Positions 61,881 through 64,000 of a stretch of DNA of 64,000 nt are shown here, one piece after another. The position numbers and the translations under genes are program-made. Below the pieces are notes generated by a model. The model did no database searches. It was not told the origin of the DNA and saw only the letters and a program-made list of their open reading frames with translations. This DNA is from Escherichia phage 235Ecol030PP: the sequence record PP355091.1. One strand, written 5' to 3'. Each line of letters starts with the position of its first letter. The stretch's first letter is position 1.

Positions 61881-62146
61881 TATTCATCCTTCAGAGTTTG
61901 GTTTACAGCTCTATTATAAATCAATTCATCATTAAGCTCAGTCAAAGACTTATGATATGTGGTTCTAACTTTATTTCCTTGCATCCAGTGCTTGATATAA
62001 ATGAAACCTTGCTCTACGCATTTTTTAAAAATTCGTTCGTCTTTTTGAGATCGGAATTCTGGATTGCATCTAAAAAATTGATTTACGTGACCGTAATCAC
62101 GTGTAGTATTACCTTCATTTTCATAAATAGTGTGAACAACAAACAT
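61880..62146 (-). CDS. hypothetical protein (30.1-like)
   Basis: 88 aa, ATG overlaps upstream stop. Confidence 0.65.
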   Translation of the reverse strand: MFVVHTIYENEGNTTRDYGHVNQFFRCNPEFRSQKDERIFKKCVEQGFIYIKHWMQGNKVRTTYHKSLTELNDELIYNRAVNQTLKDE

Positions 62147-62985
62147 TAGAATGCTCCTTGGAAAATATTATCACCACAAGTAGGTCTATTATACAAATAC
62201 TCTATACCGCCGGGTTTAATATAGTTCCATGTCTGAAACGGATGTGTCTGATATGGATGATATAGATGATTATAAGGATTAAATCCAGGAGTTCTCCAGG
62301 TAGTGTTCCAAGGAAAAGAATCGTTTTTAATCATCTTTTCAATTACATCTTTTATAGCTTTTTCACTATCAAAACTTTCTTTATTTTCCTTTGGTGAAAA
62401 AAGCTTATTCTCTACATCGTTCCATGTATAAACTCGCTGAGCAGTTTTTGGAATACTGTCACGTTCCCCTCGAGCCATCCAATAAACAGGAACACTTAAT
62501 ATTTCACTCGCGTGATCGCAGTGGTGAGCGAGATCGTCAATATAACAAATTACGTTATATTTCTCTTTTGCCTTTTTGAACAACTCTTCTTTTGAAGAAT
62601 CATGACCACACATCAGTACTTCTGAGAAGGCACCAGGAAAAAGAGCATTCAAATTAAATTGACGATTCAGCAGAGCGTCAATAGAATCACCCAATGCTGT
62701 AACAGCTACAAAATTATAATCTTCTTTTAATTTGTTAATTACACACAGGGCATCTTTATATGGCGACAAGTAACGAATAAAATCTGAACGATTGTATTTT
62801 TCAATTAACTTGACGCCAAGTTCTTCATCACAATTAAAAAGTTTACCAGGAGAAATAAATTTTTCATCTTGGATCATTTTTAAAATATGTTCCAACGGAA
62901 GATTATATTTCTGAGCAAAATAAGGAAGGCCTGATTGCCAGCTTAAACATACTCCATCAATATCAGTTAAAATAGTAGGCTTCAT
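62146..62985 (-). CDS. HAD-superfamily hydrolase (nucleotidase-like) with aromatic-rich C-terminal extension (30.2-like)
   Basis: 279 aa; N-terminal HAD motif I LTDIDGVCLSW (DxDG). Confidence 0.6.
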   Translation of the reverse strand: MKPTILTDIDGVCLSWQSGLPYFAQKYNLPLEHILKMIQDEKFISPGKLFNCDEELGVKLIEKYNRSDFIRYLSPYKDALCVINKLKEDYNFVAVTALGDSIDALLNRQFNLNALFPGAFSEVLMCGHDSSKEELFKKAKEKYNVICYIDDLAHHCDHASEILSVPVYWMARGERDSIPKTAQRVYTWNDVENKLFSPKENKESFDSEKAIKDVIEKMIKNDSFPWNTTWRTPGFNPYNHLYHPYQTHPFQTWNYIKPGGIEYLYNRPTCGDNIFQGAF

Positions 62986-63440
62986 AGAGAGTCTCTTAAT
63001 AGGTTTAACACATCAATAAATTCAGCTTCGGTTAGTATTGTATCATCTTTTGTTAGACCACTAGCCATGCTGTGCTTCAAAACTTTTCCTTTCGAGGCTT
63101 GTAATGCATCACGAAAGCCCTTGTTTTGGATCGCTGCTTCAAAATATGCATTTGTGTATAATTCTTTCCACGCCGGGGAGTATCTTGAAAACGGAACTCC
63201 AAGCCAGAAGAGGGTCCCACGGTCCTGAGCTCTAGCATAAGACCTTCCAGCTTGTTGGGCGGCAAGCCCGGATAACCCAAATATACGACGTTGTTGTTCA
63301 ACATTTTTCACCTTGCACCCTTGGAGGAATCCTTCAAGACCTCCAAATTGAATACCATCCATAACGAAAGGCCATTGGGCGAAATTACTTAATGCACATG
63401 ATGGCCACCTAAAATTGCTTCTAATCTCTAACTCAGACAT
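62982..63440 (-). CDS. NADAR/YbiA-like (DUF1768) domain protein (30.3-like)
   Basis: ATG 63440; segment LSNFAQWPFVMDGIQFGGLEGFLQGCK resembles E. coli YbiA FSNFAAWPIKVDGKTWPTSEHYFQAQK as recalled. Confidence 0.55.
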   Translation of the reverse strand: MSELEIRSNFRWPSCALSNFAQWPFVMDGIQFGGLEGFLQGCKVKNVEQQRRIFGLSGLAAQQAGRSYARAQDRGTLFWLGVPFSRYSPAWKELYTNAYFEAAIQNKGFRDALQASKGKVLKHSMASGLTKDDTILTEAEFIDVLNLLRDSL

Positions 63441-63639
63441 TTTCAATGCTTATAATTTCAACATCAGCCCAATGACCATAGCAAGGAAGACAAAATTCAA
63501 CTGGCCAGTTAGGGTCCTTTTCTAATATAATAGACTCAACTCGTGGTTCTTCATGTTCATCAGTATATGGATTTTTATCTGTTACTTTATATGTGACCTT
63601 AATGTACTGAATTCCAAAAATCTTATTAATTATATTCAT
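63433..63639 (-). CDS. hypothetical protein (30.4-like)
   Basis: 68 aa, ATG start. Confidence 0.55.
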   Translation of the reverse strand: MNIINKIFGIQYIKVTYKVTDKNPYTDEHEEPRVESIILEKDPNWPVEFCLPCYGHWADVEIISIENV

Positions 63640-63833
63640 ACTAATTCCTTTAATCCGTAAATAGGAGATAATTCATCACCCATACGAAGGTCTTCATTTC
63701 CATCTACCCAGGAAACAATATAAGCCTCTTTTATTTGAATACCACTCCATTTAAATGGAGGTAGAACCTTAGAAATTAATCCAGGTATACCAACTCCCTT
63801 TAATTCAACAGTTTGACCTAAAAAGAATTTCAT
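63636..63833 (-). CDS. hypothetical protein (30.5-like)
   Basis: 65 aa, ATG start. Confidence 0.55.
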   Translation of the reverse strand: MKFFLGQTVELKGVGIPGLISKVLPPFKWSGIQIKEAYIVSWVDGNEDLRMGDELSPIYGLKELV

Positions 63834-64000
63834 TAGAACCTCATCTGAAAACCGTGCGATTTAACATTACCGCCATTAATATCAGAACTATTAATTTCAC
63901 GTGCAATTGAAGGGTCAATGTCAATTTCACGATTGAGTTTAGTGATAGCTAAAGTATCGCGCCCATTTACAGTACGAAACTCTAAAGGACAAACCACATC
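63833..64000 (-). CDS. hypothetical protein, C-terminal part only; 5' end beyond window
   Basis: open frame to window end terminating ...NGGNVKSHGFQMRF with TAA overlapping the next ATG (TAATG). Confidence 0.4.
   Translation of the reverse strand, partial: DVVCPLEFRTVNGRDTLAITKLNREIDIDPSIAREINSSDINGGNVKSHGFQMRF

Overview
This window is a contiguous segment of a T4-like (Tevenvirinae) phage genome, closely related to but not identical with T4 (the lysozyme C-terminus differs from the T4 sequence as I recall it). Calls rest on reading the six-frame translations and recalled T4 gene order; no database search was run. Layout: (1) 1-13.5 kb, minus strand: internal-protein genes with a capsid-targeting sequence (CTS), lysozyme e, nudE, a run of small accessory genes, an 8-tRNA cluster with the GIY-YIG endonuclease segB, ipI-like, 57B/57A, genes 1, 3, 2, 4. 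(2) 13.5-43.5 kb, plus strand: the late structural block 53, 5, 5.1, 5.4, 6-12, wac, 13-19, 20, 67, 68, 21-24. (3) 43.5-64 kb: rnlB, hoc, inh, uvsW, uvsY, baseplate hub genes 25-29, 48, 54, alt, DNA ligase 30 and 30.x genes. The most interesting material is in the accessory parts: at least five CTS-tagged internal-protein genes (T4 has three), a repeated early-promoter/stem-loop cassette (PeSL-like) next to them, a paralogous family of small membrane proteins, two frameshift-interrupted ORFs, a Hoc with an extra Ig-like domain, a decayed partial duplicate of the alt 5' end, and a HAD-hydrolase + NADAR-like gene pair near alt. No CRISPR array, integrase or transposase was seen. The six-frame track uses TTG/GTG as well as ATG starts, so several starts below were moved to the first ATG with a ribosome-binding site.
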